A DNA stretch of 64,000 nucleotides from Cytophagales bacterium (lineage in GTDB: Bacteria > Bacteroidota > Bacteroidia > Cytophagales > UBA9547), in assembly GCA_033765235.1 (NCBI GenBank), contig JANRIG010000014.1, positions 12,896 to 76,895 on the forward strand. Reading direction: 5' to 3'. Below the pieces are notes generated by a model, which was not told the origin of the DNA, searched no databases, and worked only from the letters and a program-made list of their open reading frames with translations. Position numbers and translations under genes: made by a program. This document shows positions 51,927-59,721 of this stretch, piece by piece; position 1 is the first letter of the stretch; every line of letters starts with the position of its first letter.

Positions 51927-51934
51927 TATATTTG
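51927..51934 (+). promoter_or_regulatory. Candidate -7 promoter box (TATATTTG) for bamD
   Basis: An exact TAnnTTTG match lies 15 bp upstream of the ATG at 51949. This argues against the longer TTG-initiated ORF starting at 51832. Confidence 0.4.
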
Positions 51935-51948
51935 CAGCGTTATTAAGT

Positions 51949-52776
51949 ATGTACAAACAAATCTTACCATTATTTATAGCCATCGTCTTGTTTGTTAGTT
52001 GCAGCAAATTTGCCAAAGTACAAAAAAGCGACAATGTAGACCTCAAATTCAAGGCAGCACAAAAATATTTTGAAAATAAAGACTACTACCATGCAGGGCA
52101 GCTCTACGAAGAACTTATTCCGCTGCTCAAAGGACAAAGTGAGGCCGAAAAATCACAATTTTTTTATGCATATTGCCAATATTATCAAGGCCAGCTCATA
52201 TTAAGTGCCTATTATTTCAAAAAATTTTATGAAACATACCCGCGAAGCGAACTTGGCGAAGAAGCTTACTACATGCATTGCATATCACTGTATGAAGACT
52301 CTCCCGACTTTGAACTTGACCAGACCAATACCAAAAGTGCTCTAGATGCCATACAAGTATTTTTAGAAAAATTTCCCAATACCTCACATCTTACAGACTG
52401 CAACGATATGTCTGACAAGCTCACATTTAAGTTAGAGCTCAAGTCATTTCATCAAGCGAGGCTCTACTACCGCATGAGCGACTTCAAAGCAGGCATAATG
52501 TGCTTTGAAAATGTGATAAAAGATTACCCCTCTTCTAAGTTTGTAGAAGATTGCCACTATCTCAAGATACTTGCGCAATACAAACTTGCCCGCATAAGTA
52601 TTGAAGAAAAGAAAAAAGAACGTTACAACACAGCTACTGAGTTTTATTATAATTTTATAGATAAATACCCCAATAGCAGATATCTGCTATCTGCCCAAAA
52701 AACATTTGAAAAAATTCAAAAAGAACTCAAAGCACTCGAAAGTAACCAAAAGAAGTGGTACCAAATATTTGGGTAA
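51949..52776 (+). CDS. bamD: Outer membrane protein assembly factor BamD (TPR lipoprotein)
   Basis: Starting at 51949 gives the lipoprotein signal MYKQILPLFIAIVLFVSCS. TPR-like repeats and blocks follow (KFKAAQKYFENKDYYHAGQLYEELIP, YPRSELGEEAYY, KYPNSRYL). Confidence 0.75.
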   Translation: MYKQILPLFIAIVLFVSCSKFAKVQKSDNVDLKFKAAQKYFENKDYYHAGQLYEELIPLLKGQSEAEKSQFFYAYCQYYQGQLILSAYYFKKFYETYPRSELGEEAYYMHCISLYEDSPDFELDQTNTKSALDAIQVFLEKFPNTSHLTDCNDMSDKLTFKLELKSFHQARLYYRMSDFKAGIMCFENVIKDYPSSKFVEDCHYLKILAQYKLARISIEEKKKERYNTATEFYYNFIDKYPNSRYLLSAQKTFEKIQKELKALESNQKKWYQIFG

Positions 52777-52789
52777 TATAGACCTGTCT

Positions 52790-53671
52790 TCAACCGATTT
52801 TATGCCCGGAAGCTATCCGCTCCAGCCTCATAGACCTGCTTTTGTACTTGGGCATAAATATACTTATCACATAAGTACGAAAAATATAACCCCAAAAACT
52901 CTTTTCTATCAGTACAGGGTCTATATTGCTTTCTATTTCTTTATGATATTTGGGCAGTTCGCTCCAGTGTATGTTGGCTTTTTCGTGGTGCATGGTATGG
53001 TAGCCATTATTGAACAAAAATAAATTTACCCACATAAAGTTTCGAGAGTGATTCCACCTCGACTCCTCATCGGCATGTACATGCTGCACATAGTTGAACA
53101 CAAATACTGCAAAACCCGACACTTGCTGAGGAATAATTACATACAAAAGTGCCTTTTGCCAATCTAATATTAAAAATGCGGCGTTCCACAATACCAATAC
53201 TATGATTTGTGCCCAATACTCATAAAATGTCTTTCTATCGTTTTCTTTCAAATATTTCATATATGGTATTATACTTTTGGTCATTTGGTAAAAACCACTT
53301 ACAGATGGGTATGAAAGCAATGACAATGCATGATTTTCTTCTGTATGTCTGTATGTGATGGAACTATCGCCCTCCTTATTATTAAATCTGTGATGGTTGC
53401 GGTTGTGGGTAGGTATCCAAGTAAATATGGGTATGCCGTAAAACACAGTGAGCCACCAATCTGTGAGTACATTCAGAGGTTTGTTTGTCCATATATTAAT
53501 ATGGTTGTGATTGTGTGTCATCACAGACACTGCTACCGAGAAGTGTAGGTATATCACATATATCCACCATGTAAAACCATATTGCCATTGGTATATAAAT
53601 ATACCTGTGGTAATGACGATATATAATAAGGTTTTGAGGTCTGCTTTGTATTTAAGCATATAGATTTTCAT
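52790..53671 (-). CDS. Membrane fatty acid desaturase
   Basis: Three histidine boxes are present (HNHNH, HNRNHH, HTMHH) in a polytopic membrane protein. Confidence 0.85.
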   Translation of the reverse strand: MKIYMLKYKADLKTLLYIVITTGIFIYQWQYGFTWWIYVIYLHFSVAVSVMTHNHNHINIWTNKPLNVLTDWWLTVFYGIPIFTWIPTHNRNHHRFNNKEGDSSITYRHTEENHALSLLSYPSVSGFYQMTKSIIPYMKYLKENDRKTFYEYWAQIIVLVLWNAAFLILDWQKALLYVIIPQQVSGFAVFVFNYVQHVHADEESRWNHSRNFMWVNLFLFNNGYHTMHHEKANIHWSELPKYHKEIESNIDPVLIEKSFWGYIFRTYVISIFMPKYKSRSMRLERIASGHKIG

Positions 53672-53684
53672 TTTTTCAGCATTG

Positions 53685-53692
53685 CAAAATTA
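53685..53692 (-). promoter_or_regulatory. Candidate -7 promoter box (TAATTTTG) for the desaturase gene
   Basis: The minus strand is an exact TAnnTTTG match, 14 bp upstream of the ATG at 53671. Confidence 0.35.
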
Positions 53693-53784
53693 CAAAATAT
53701 TTAACAATCCCTCAATTTTATTTGTTATATCAACAATAAACCAAAAATTTAATATAAAAACTATTGACATGTAAAAAGTTTCCG

Positions 53785-53792
53785 TAGTTTTG
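53785..53792 (+). promoter_or_regulatory. Candidate -7 promoter box (TAGTTTTG) for the TonB-dependent receptor
   Basis: An exact TAnnTTTG match lies 28 bp upstream of the ATG at 53820. It overlaps the TTG start used by the ORF track, which makes that start unlikely. Confidence 0.4.
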
Positions 53793-53819
53793 CTTCCCAG
53801 TTATACTAAGCCTGATTAT

Positions 53820-56261
53820 ATGAAAATTGCTAGTTTTGCCATATCATTATTGTTAACAGCACATTTTGTGCTATCACAACCCAAATACACCATCAGTGGC
53901 ACTCTCAAAGACAAAAAAAATGGAGAAGATGTGATAGGAGCTACCATATCTGTCAAAGAAACACAAGCAGCTACTACTACCAATGCCTACGGCTTTTTTT
54001 CTATCACGCTGCCGGAGGGCAAATACACTATAAACGTCTCATACCTAGGGTATAAAACTTATACCAATGAGATTGACCTCAATGCCAACCAAAAACTCAA
54101 TATCGAAATAGAAGAAGAAAAAATTGAGCTTACAGAAGTAGAAGTGACCTCTGAGCGCCCCGATGCCAATGTGAAAAGCATAGAAATGAGCATAAACAAA
54201 CTGGAAATGGGGCAAATCAAAAAAATGCCTGCACTACTGGGAGAAGTAGATGTCATCCGCAGTATACAACTACTGCCGGGTGTGTCATCAGTAGGCGAGG
54301 GGTCATCAGGGTTCAATGTAAGAGGTGGTAGCATTGACCACAATTTGGTACTGCTTGATGAAGCACCTGTATACAATTCATCACATCTTTTTGGCTTTTT
54401 CTCAGTATTTAACCCCGATGCAGTAAAAGATGTGAAACTTTATAAAGGAGGCATACCGGCACAATATGGTGGTAGATTGGCATCTATACTCGATGTGAGA
54501 ATGAAAGAAGGTAACAATAAAAGATTTGCTGCACAAGGTGGTATTGGTCTCATTTTCAGTCGACTTACTTTCGAAGGTCCCATCAAAAAAAACAAAGGCT
54601 CTTTTATAGTAGCAGGGCGTAGGTCTTATGCAGATGTGTTGGCTGCACCAGCTTTGGCATCAAATCCTGATTTGGATGGATTCAAGTTATATTTTTATGA
54701 TTTTACCATGAAAGCCAACTACAACATAGGCACTAAAGACAAAATTTTTGCATCAGGGTACTTAGGTAGAGATGTATTTGGAGTAGCCAGTTTTGGGTTT
54801 GACTGGGGCAATTCTACCTTTACCACACGCTGGAACCATGTATTCAACGACAGATTGTTTATGAACGTCACAGGGTTCTACAGCAATTATGACTACGCTT
54901 TGGGTGCAGAAACCAACTCAGGCGGTGATAAATTCAGCTGGAAATCAAATATAATAAATTATAGCGTAAAACCCGAACTAACCTATTTCTTAAACAGTAA
55001 AAATACCATACAATTTGGTGGGCAGACTATTCTATATGACTTTGTGCCGGGCACACTCGAAATCATAAACAGTGGCAATCGCACTACATTAAAACTTGAC
55101 AGTAAATACGCACTAGAGCATGCTGTATATATCTCTAATGAGCAAAAAATAATCCCAAGATTAAGTATGCAATATGGCTTAAGGCTTTCGGCATTTCAAT
55201 ATATAGGACCCGGTATAAAAAGAACTTATGGTCCCGAGCCTTACAAAAATGAAACCAGATACCCAGTAGCTGAACCTGAAAAAGTAGAATCATTACAGTC
55301 AATAGCATCATATATAAATCCTGAACCAAGACTTAATCTAAAATTTGAACTAACAGAATATTCCTCCCTAAAAGCCAGCTATATGCGTACTTCACAATAC
55401 ATCCACCTTATATCAAATACCGCAGCATCTATACCATTAGATGTATTCACTCCAAGCACAAATAACATAAAACCACAGATAAGTGACCAAGTAGCCATAG
55501 GATATTTTAGAAATTTTGGCTCAAATACCGACTATGAAACCTCTGTAGAACTTTTTTATAAAGATATGAAAAACCAAATAGACTATGTAGATGGTGCAGA
55601 TTTGCTACTCAATCCAAACCTCGAAGGTGTACTGCTTTCCGGAAAAGGAAGAGCCTACGGAGCAGAATTTATGGTAAAGAAAAATAAAGGAAAACTCAAT
55701 GGCTGGATAAGCTACACCATATCCAGGTCTGAAAGAAAAGTAGATGGTATAAGCAATGACGCTTGGTACCCCAACCGCTTTGACCGTACTCACAACCTGA
55801 ATATAGTAGTAAGCTACCAGTTGAGCAAACGTGTAAGTGTCTCATCCAATGCACAATACGGCACAGGTACCCCAGTGAACTTATATAATATGGGCTATGC
55901 CTATGCAGGTCAGTATGTAGGTCACAACCCTACAAACGCTCGAAACAACATACGAATACCCGAATATTTCAGGATAGATGCATCTGTAAGCATCAAAAGC
56001 AAACGCAAAAAATATGACGAAGCAGAAATACCTGCCAATTTTTTCAAAGCCATTAAATACCGATACGAATGGGAATTAGTATTTAGTGTCTACAATGTGT
56101 TGAATGCTCGTAATCCTTTTGCCATATTCCCAAGATACAAAGAAAGCTTGTCCAATCAGGTCGGTGTCAATTATCAAGCTACCAATTTAGACCGCGAAAT
56201 GGCCAAATTTTCATTATTTGCTACCATTATACCGGGCATCACTTATAACTTCAAGTTCTGA
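53820..56261 (+). CDS. TonB-dependent receptor with an N-terminal carboxypeptidase-regulatory-like domain
   Basis: It has a signal peptide (MKIASFAISLLLTAHFVLSQ). A CarbopepD_reg-like domain follows (YTISGTLKDKKNGEDVIGATISV...GYKTY). The plug domain shows LPGV...GFNVRGGSIDHNLVLLDEAPVYN. A long beta-barrel ends in YNFKF. Confidence 0.85.
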   Translation: MKIASFAISLLLTAHFVLSQPKYTISGTLKDKKNGEDVIGATISVKETQAATTTNAYGFFSITLPEGKYTINVSYLGYKTYTNEIDLNANQKLNIEIEEEKIELTEVEVTSERPDANVKSIEMSINKLEMGQIKKMPALLGEVDVIRSIQLLPGVSSVGEGSSGFNVRGGSIDHNLVLLDEAPVYNSSHLFGFFSVFNPDAVKDVKLYKGGIPAQYGGRLASILDVRMKEGNNKRFAAQGGIGLIFSRLTFEGPIKKNKGSFIVAGRRSYADVLAAPALASNPDLDGFKLYFYDFTMKANYNIGTKDKIFASGYLGRDVFGVASFGFDWGNSTFTTRWNHVFNDRLFMNVTGFYSNYDYALGAETNSGGDKFSWKSNIINYSVKPELTYFLNSKNTIQFGGQTILYDFVPGTLEIINSGNRTTLKLDSKYALEHAVYISNEQKIIPRLSMQYGLRLSAFQYIGPGIKRTYGPEPYKNETRYPVAEPEKVESLQSIASYINPEPRLNLKFELTEYSSLKASYMRTSQYIHLISNTAASIPLDVFTPSTNNIKPQISDQVAIGYFRNFGSNTDYETSVELFYKDMKNQIDYVDGADLLLNPNLEGVLLSGKGRAYGAEFMVKKNKGKLNGWISYTISRSERKVDGISNDAWYPNRFDRTHNLNIVVSYQLSKRVSVSSNAQYGTGTPVNLYNMGYAYAGQYVGHNPTNARNNIRIPEYFRIDASVSIKSKRKKYDEAEIPANFFKAIKYRYEWELVFSVYNVLNARNPFAIFPRYKESLSNQVGVNYQATNLDREMAKFSLFATIIPGITYNFKF

Positions 56262-56262
56262 T

Positions 56263-57336
56263 ATGAAAATATATTATCACACCCTATTATTTATATTATC
56301 TGTTTGCATGCTTGCATGCACAGACCCTTACTCCATAGACTTAGAGCAGAGCGACCCACAGTTGGTAGTTGAAGCATTGCTTAAGCATGATGCAAACTTG
56401 CCCCAAACAGTTGGCAGAGATACGGTATTACTCACCCAAACACAAAAATTTATTGGAAACGACAAAACTTTGGCTACTATAGACAATGCCTCAGTATCCA
56501 TCACCAGCAATGCCGGACAAACAGAAAACTTAACACCCTTAGGAAATGGTCGCTATGCTTCTGTATCACTCATCAAAAAAATTGGATATCAGTACACACT
56601 TACCGTAAAAACACCCGATGGCGAAACCTACAATGCCAGCACTTGGCATACTCGCCCTTGTGTGTATGACTCACTCACTCAAAAAATATTAGATAAACGC
56701 AACCCCAATACCCCGGCAGGTGTTATACCCAAAGGAGTATATATTGATATTGCAGGCTATGACCCCGCAGGAGCAGGTGACAGTTATTGGCTAAGGTTAT
56801 ACTTTAAAAGAGTATACAAAAATATATTTACTGGTAAAAAAACATCCCCCTACTTTAAAGGAGACTCTAACCTCACTAAATATGATCCTTGGCACTATGT
56901 ACGTGACCCTAATAAAATAGGAATATCGCTTGACGGTATATCTGCAGATAACAATACAGATACGCTCCAAAACAGCACCAACAGACCTTTCGCACTAGTA
57001 CTCAAAGATTTGATATTAAATGACTTAGATGGTCCGGCAATTTCAGACAAGCCTGCATACTTCCCAGGCGACTCTGTGTGGCTGGATATTGTGAGCCTAA
57101 CATACCCTCACTTAATATTTTTACAGCGCATGAAAAAAGAACTTGAAAACGGTACAGGTGGAGGACTGGCCGGACTATTTTCAACACCTCCTTCTAACCT
57201 GCCCACCAACATAATCAACGCAAACTCAAATGGCAAAAAAGCAGTTGGATGGTTTGGAGCAGGCACCTACAAAACCCATAAAATCAGAATTATTAACTTT
57301 GATTTTATAGAAAACCAAGGTACACCCGGTAATTAA
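56263..57336 (+). CDS. DUF4249-like lipoprotein, the usual partner of this TonB-receptor subtype
   Basis: The ATG at 56263 gives the lipoprotein signal MKIYYHTLLFILSVCMLAC. It starts 1 bp after the receptor stop. The family assignment rests on position and general resemblance only. Confidence 0.5.
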   Translation: MKIYYHTLLFILSVCMLACTDPYSIDLEQSDPQLVVEALLKHDANLPQTVGRDTVLLTQTQKFIGNDKTLATIDNASVSITSNAGQTENLTPLGNGRYASVSLIKKIGYQYTLTVKTPDGETYNASTWHTRPCVYDSLTQKILDKRNPNTPAGVIPKGVYIDIAGYDPAGAGDSYWLRLYFKRVYKNIFTGKKTSPYFKGDSNLTKYDPWHYVRDPNKIGISLDGISADNNTDTLQNSTNRPFALVLKDLILNDLDGPAISDKPAYFPGDSVWLDIVSLTYPHLIFLQRMKKELENGTGGGLAGLFSTPPSNLPTNIINANSNGKKAVGWFGAGTYKTHKIRIINFDFIENQGTPGN

Positions 57337-57515
57337 TTCAGCAATATTTCTTATTATTATATTAATTATTCATGTCAAGCAATATTGAAATTAAACAAAT
57401 GAATATAATAATAATACCATAACAGTGAAATAAAACAAATAAATTAACAAAACTTTAAAACCGATTTATATACATTTACGTTTTCATAACTGTACTTCGG
57501 TCACACATACAATAA

Positions 57516-57914
57516 ATGGAAGAACTTAAAATCGAATTCCCTTCGGTTCTCGAAAATATCAAGCTGGTAGAGAGCTTCATAGACAATGCCAAAGAAAAGT
57601 TTCATATACCTGAAGATGTATATGGCAATATCATGGTAGCTGTCACAGAGTCTGTAAACAATGCCATTATACATGGCAATCATAGTAGTATTGAGAAAAG
57701 CGTGTGGCTTTCATTGTATATAGACTCCACCTCTCTTAAATGCATAGTAGAAGACGAAGGCTCAGGTTTTGACTTTGATAACCTTCCAGATCCCACTGCC
57801 CCAGAAAATATCAATAAAATTGGTGGCAGAGGTGTATTTTTAATAAAAAACCTTTCTGATAATGTCAATTTCACCGATGGTGGGCGCAGAGTTGAAATGT
57901 TATTTAATTTTTAA
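57516..57914 (+). CDS. RsbW/SpoIIAB-like anti-sigma-factor serine kinase (HATPase_c domain)
   Basis: At 132 aa it shows an N-box (ESVNNAIIHG), a G1 box (EDEGSGFD) and a G2 box (GGRGVFLIKN). Confidence 0.7.
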   Translation: MEELKIEFPSVLENIKLVESFIDNAKEKFHIPEDVYGNIMVAVTESVNNAIIHGNHSSIEKSVWLSLYIDSTSLKCIVEDEGSGFDFDNLPDPTAPENINKIGGRGVFLIKNLSDNVNFTDGGRRVEMLFNF

Positions 57915-58348
57915 TGTATAAAAATATTTTTTACAATACCATTGAAAGCAATTTCACATTAAAGTATAAAAGCAATATTACCAATTGGCTCAACCTGATA
58001 GCTTTGAACGAAAAAAAAAAAATAGAAACTATATCTTACACGTTTTGCAAAAACACTACTATCAAAAAAATAAATAACAAATATTTAACACACAACTACC
58101 CTACAGATATACTCACTTTTGACTTACGTGCACTCCACACTCAGCCTATATCAGCAGATATATATATAGGTATAGATATAATAAGACGCAATGCAGTCAC
58201 ATATAATACTACATTTGAGCTTGAATTGCTCAGAGTATTAGCCCATGGGCTGCTTCACCTCATAGGATATGACGATACCACAGTTGCAGCTCAAAAACAA
58301 ATGCGCGAAATGGAAGAATATTATCTCAAATTATATATGCAAAAGTGA
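57914..58348 (+). CDS. ybeY: rRNA maturation endoribonuclease YbeY
   Basis: The metal-binding motif AHGLLHLIGYDD corresponds to HGxLHLxGYD, with Asp at the third ligand position. The size is typical. Its start overlaps the upstream stop (TAATG). It contains an A12 run at 58011-58022. Confidence 0.8.
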   Translation: MYKNIFYNTIESNFTLKYKSNITNWLNLIALNEKKKIETISYTFCKNTTIKKINNKYLTHNYPTDILTFDLRALHTQPISADIYIGIDIIRRNAVTYNTTFELELLRVLAHGLLHLIGYDDTTVAAQKQMREMEEYYLKLYMQK

Positions 58349-58422
58349 TACCTGTCATTTTTTTCAAAAAATATTTTGCAGTTCCAATATCTTACTCTAT
58401 CTTAGCACGGTAAAGTATCATT

Positions 58423-59652
58423 ATGTTTAAAAACATGTCTAATAAAACTTCTCTTTCCAAAAATATCCCCTACCTCTTTGCACTGGTCATATTAGCACTG
58501 GCATGCTCCAAAAGCGGTAACCCAACCAGTATGACACCGGGTGGTGCAAGCACTACTACAGGTCTGCAATACAACGGCGACGATAGTAGCTTTCAGGTAA
58601 ATGATTACAAAGGTCAGCCGGAAGGGCCTAATCTTGTATTCATAGAAGGTGGTCGTACTATACTTGGTTCATTTGAAGAAGATCTTATGAACACACGCGA
58701 TAATGTGGAGCGTACAGTCACCATCACATCTTTTTTTATGGATGAAACAGAAATAGCCAATATCCACTGGCTTGAGTATCTTTTTTATGTAGCCAAAGAC
58801 TCAGGAGGTACCCAATCCCCTGCCTATGTACGCTCAGTGCCCGATACCACTGTATGGAAACAAGAACTCTCGTACAACGATCCTTATGTTGAGCATTATT
58901 TCAGATACCCTGGTTTTAGATTTTTCCCTGTAGTAGGTGTATCGTGGAATCAAGCATATTCATATTGCAAATGGCGCTCTGCTGTAGTAAACAAAGGTCT
59001 TGCCATGGCAGCAGGTCGTCAAGATTTGGTAGATATTGCCAACTCAGGTGCACGCATACCTCTCGAATCAGGTCTGGTGCTTCCAGAGTATCGCTTGCCA
59101 TCAGAGGCAGAGTGGGAGTATGCAGCCAAAGCATTGGTAGGCACTCAGTGGCTCGATGAAAACCAAACCCATGCACGCCTTTATCCTTGGGATGGTCATG
59201 CATTGCGCAACCCTTATGGTAACCAAATGGGTTTTTTCTTAGCCAACTTTAAAAGAGGCAGAGGCGACTATGCAGGTATAGCCGGCAAGCTCAATGATGG
59301 TGCTATGATTACCGAATACATATATACCTATCCTCCAAACGATTATGGACTGTATAATATGGCAGGTAATGTAAACGAGTGGGTATATGACCTCTACCGA
59401 CCTATGTCTTTTCAAGATTTTGACGACCTTAACTCGCTCCGCAGAGACGGCTCTTTTGACGATGCCAAAAATTATAACAAAAGAGAATGGCTCTCACTCA
59501 TAGACGATTCTGTAAGAGTATTCAAAGGAGGTTCGTGGAAAGATGTAGCCTACTGGCTCAATCCGGGTACACGCCGATACCTTGACCAAGACTCATCTAC
59601 CTCTACTATAGGTTTCCGCTGTGCCATGATACGTGCAGGTACCAATTTCTAA
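58423..59652 (+). CDS. GldJ/GldK-family lipoprotein (formylglycine-generating-enzyme/SUMF1-like fold) of the gliding/T9SS machinery
   Basis: It has a lipoprotein signal (LVILALACS). An N-terminal block TTGLQYNGDDSSFQV is followed by MVFIEGG-type and FxMDETEITN-type motifs (LVFIEGGRTILG, FFMDETEIANIHW). The SUMF1-like core shows YRLPSEAEWEYAA, GNVNEWVYD, KGGSW and GFRC. At 409 aa it is shorter than the F. johnsoniae GldJ I recall. Confidence 0.6.
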   Translation: MFKNMSNKTSLSKNIPYLFALVILALACSKSGNPTSMTPGGASTTTGLQYNGDDSSFQVNDYKGQPEGPNLVFIEGGRTILGSFEEDLMNTRDNVERTVTITSFFMDETEIANIHWLEYLFYVAKDSGGTQSPAYVRSVPDTTVWKQELSYNDPYVEHYFRYPGFRFFPVVGVSWNQAYSYCKWRSAVVNKGLAMAAGRQDLVDIANSGARIPLESGLVLPEYRLPSEAEWEYAAKALVGTQWLDENQTHARLYPWDGHALRNPYGNQMGFFLANFKRGRGDYAGIAGKLNDGAMITEYIYTYPPNDYGLYNMAGNVNEWVYDLYRPMSFQDFDDLNSLRRDGSFDDAKNYNKREWLSLIDDSVRVFKGGSWKDVAYWLNPGTRRYLDQDSSTSTIGFRCAMIRAGTNF

Positions 59653-59677
59653 TAAGATTTCATACTATATTTAACAA

Positions 59678-59712
59678 AAAGCCTGTCAGAATATGACAGG
59701 CTTTGTTATTTT
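59678..59712 (+). terminator. Rho-independent terminator after the GldJ/K-like gene
   Basis: An 11 bp perfect stem (aaagcctgtca/tgacaggcttt) with a 5 nt loop is followed by gttattttta. It lies 26 bp after the stop codon. Confidence 0.7.
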
Positions 59713-59721
59713 TATACCCAA

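Noticed and set aside
51832-51948. N-terminal extensions in the ORF track for bamD (51832), the TonB receptor (53790), the DUF4249-like gene (56218) and the 41968-43515 gene (43515).
   Set aside because: The extensions start at TTG or other non-ATG codons and precede a perfectly good ATG plus signal or lipoprotein peptide. In the bamD and TonB receptor cases the extension would also contain or overlap the candidate -7 promoter box. The 56218 extension would overlap the receptor gene by 44 bp.
52706-53023. 105 aa plus-strand ORF overlapping the bamD 3' end and the desaturase gene.
   Set aside because: It overlaps two well-supported genes and has no recognisable features.
57914-58348. The YbeY third metal ligand is Asp (HGLLHLIGYDD) instead of the His of the E. 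coli motif, which could suggest an inactive variant.
   Set aside because: My recollection is that Bacteroidota YbeY proteins commonly carry Asp at this position, and Asp can ligate zinc. It is probably lineage-typical rather than a defect.
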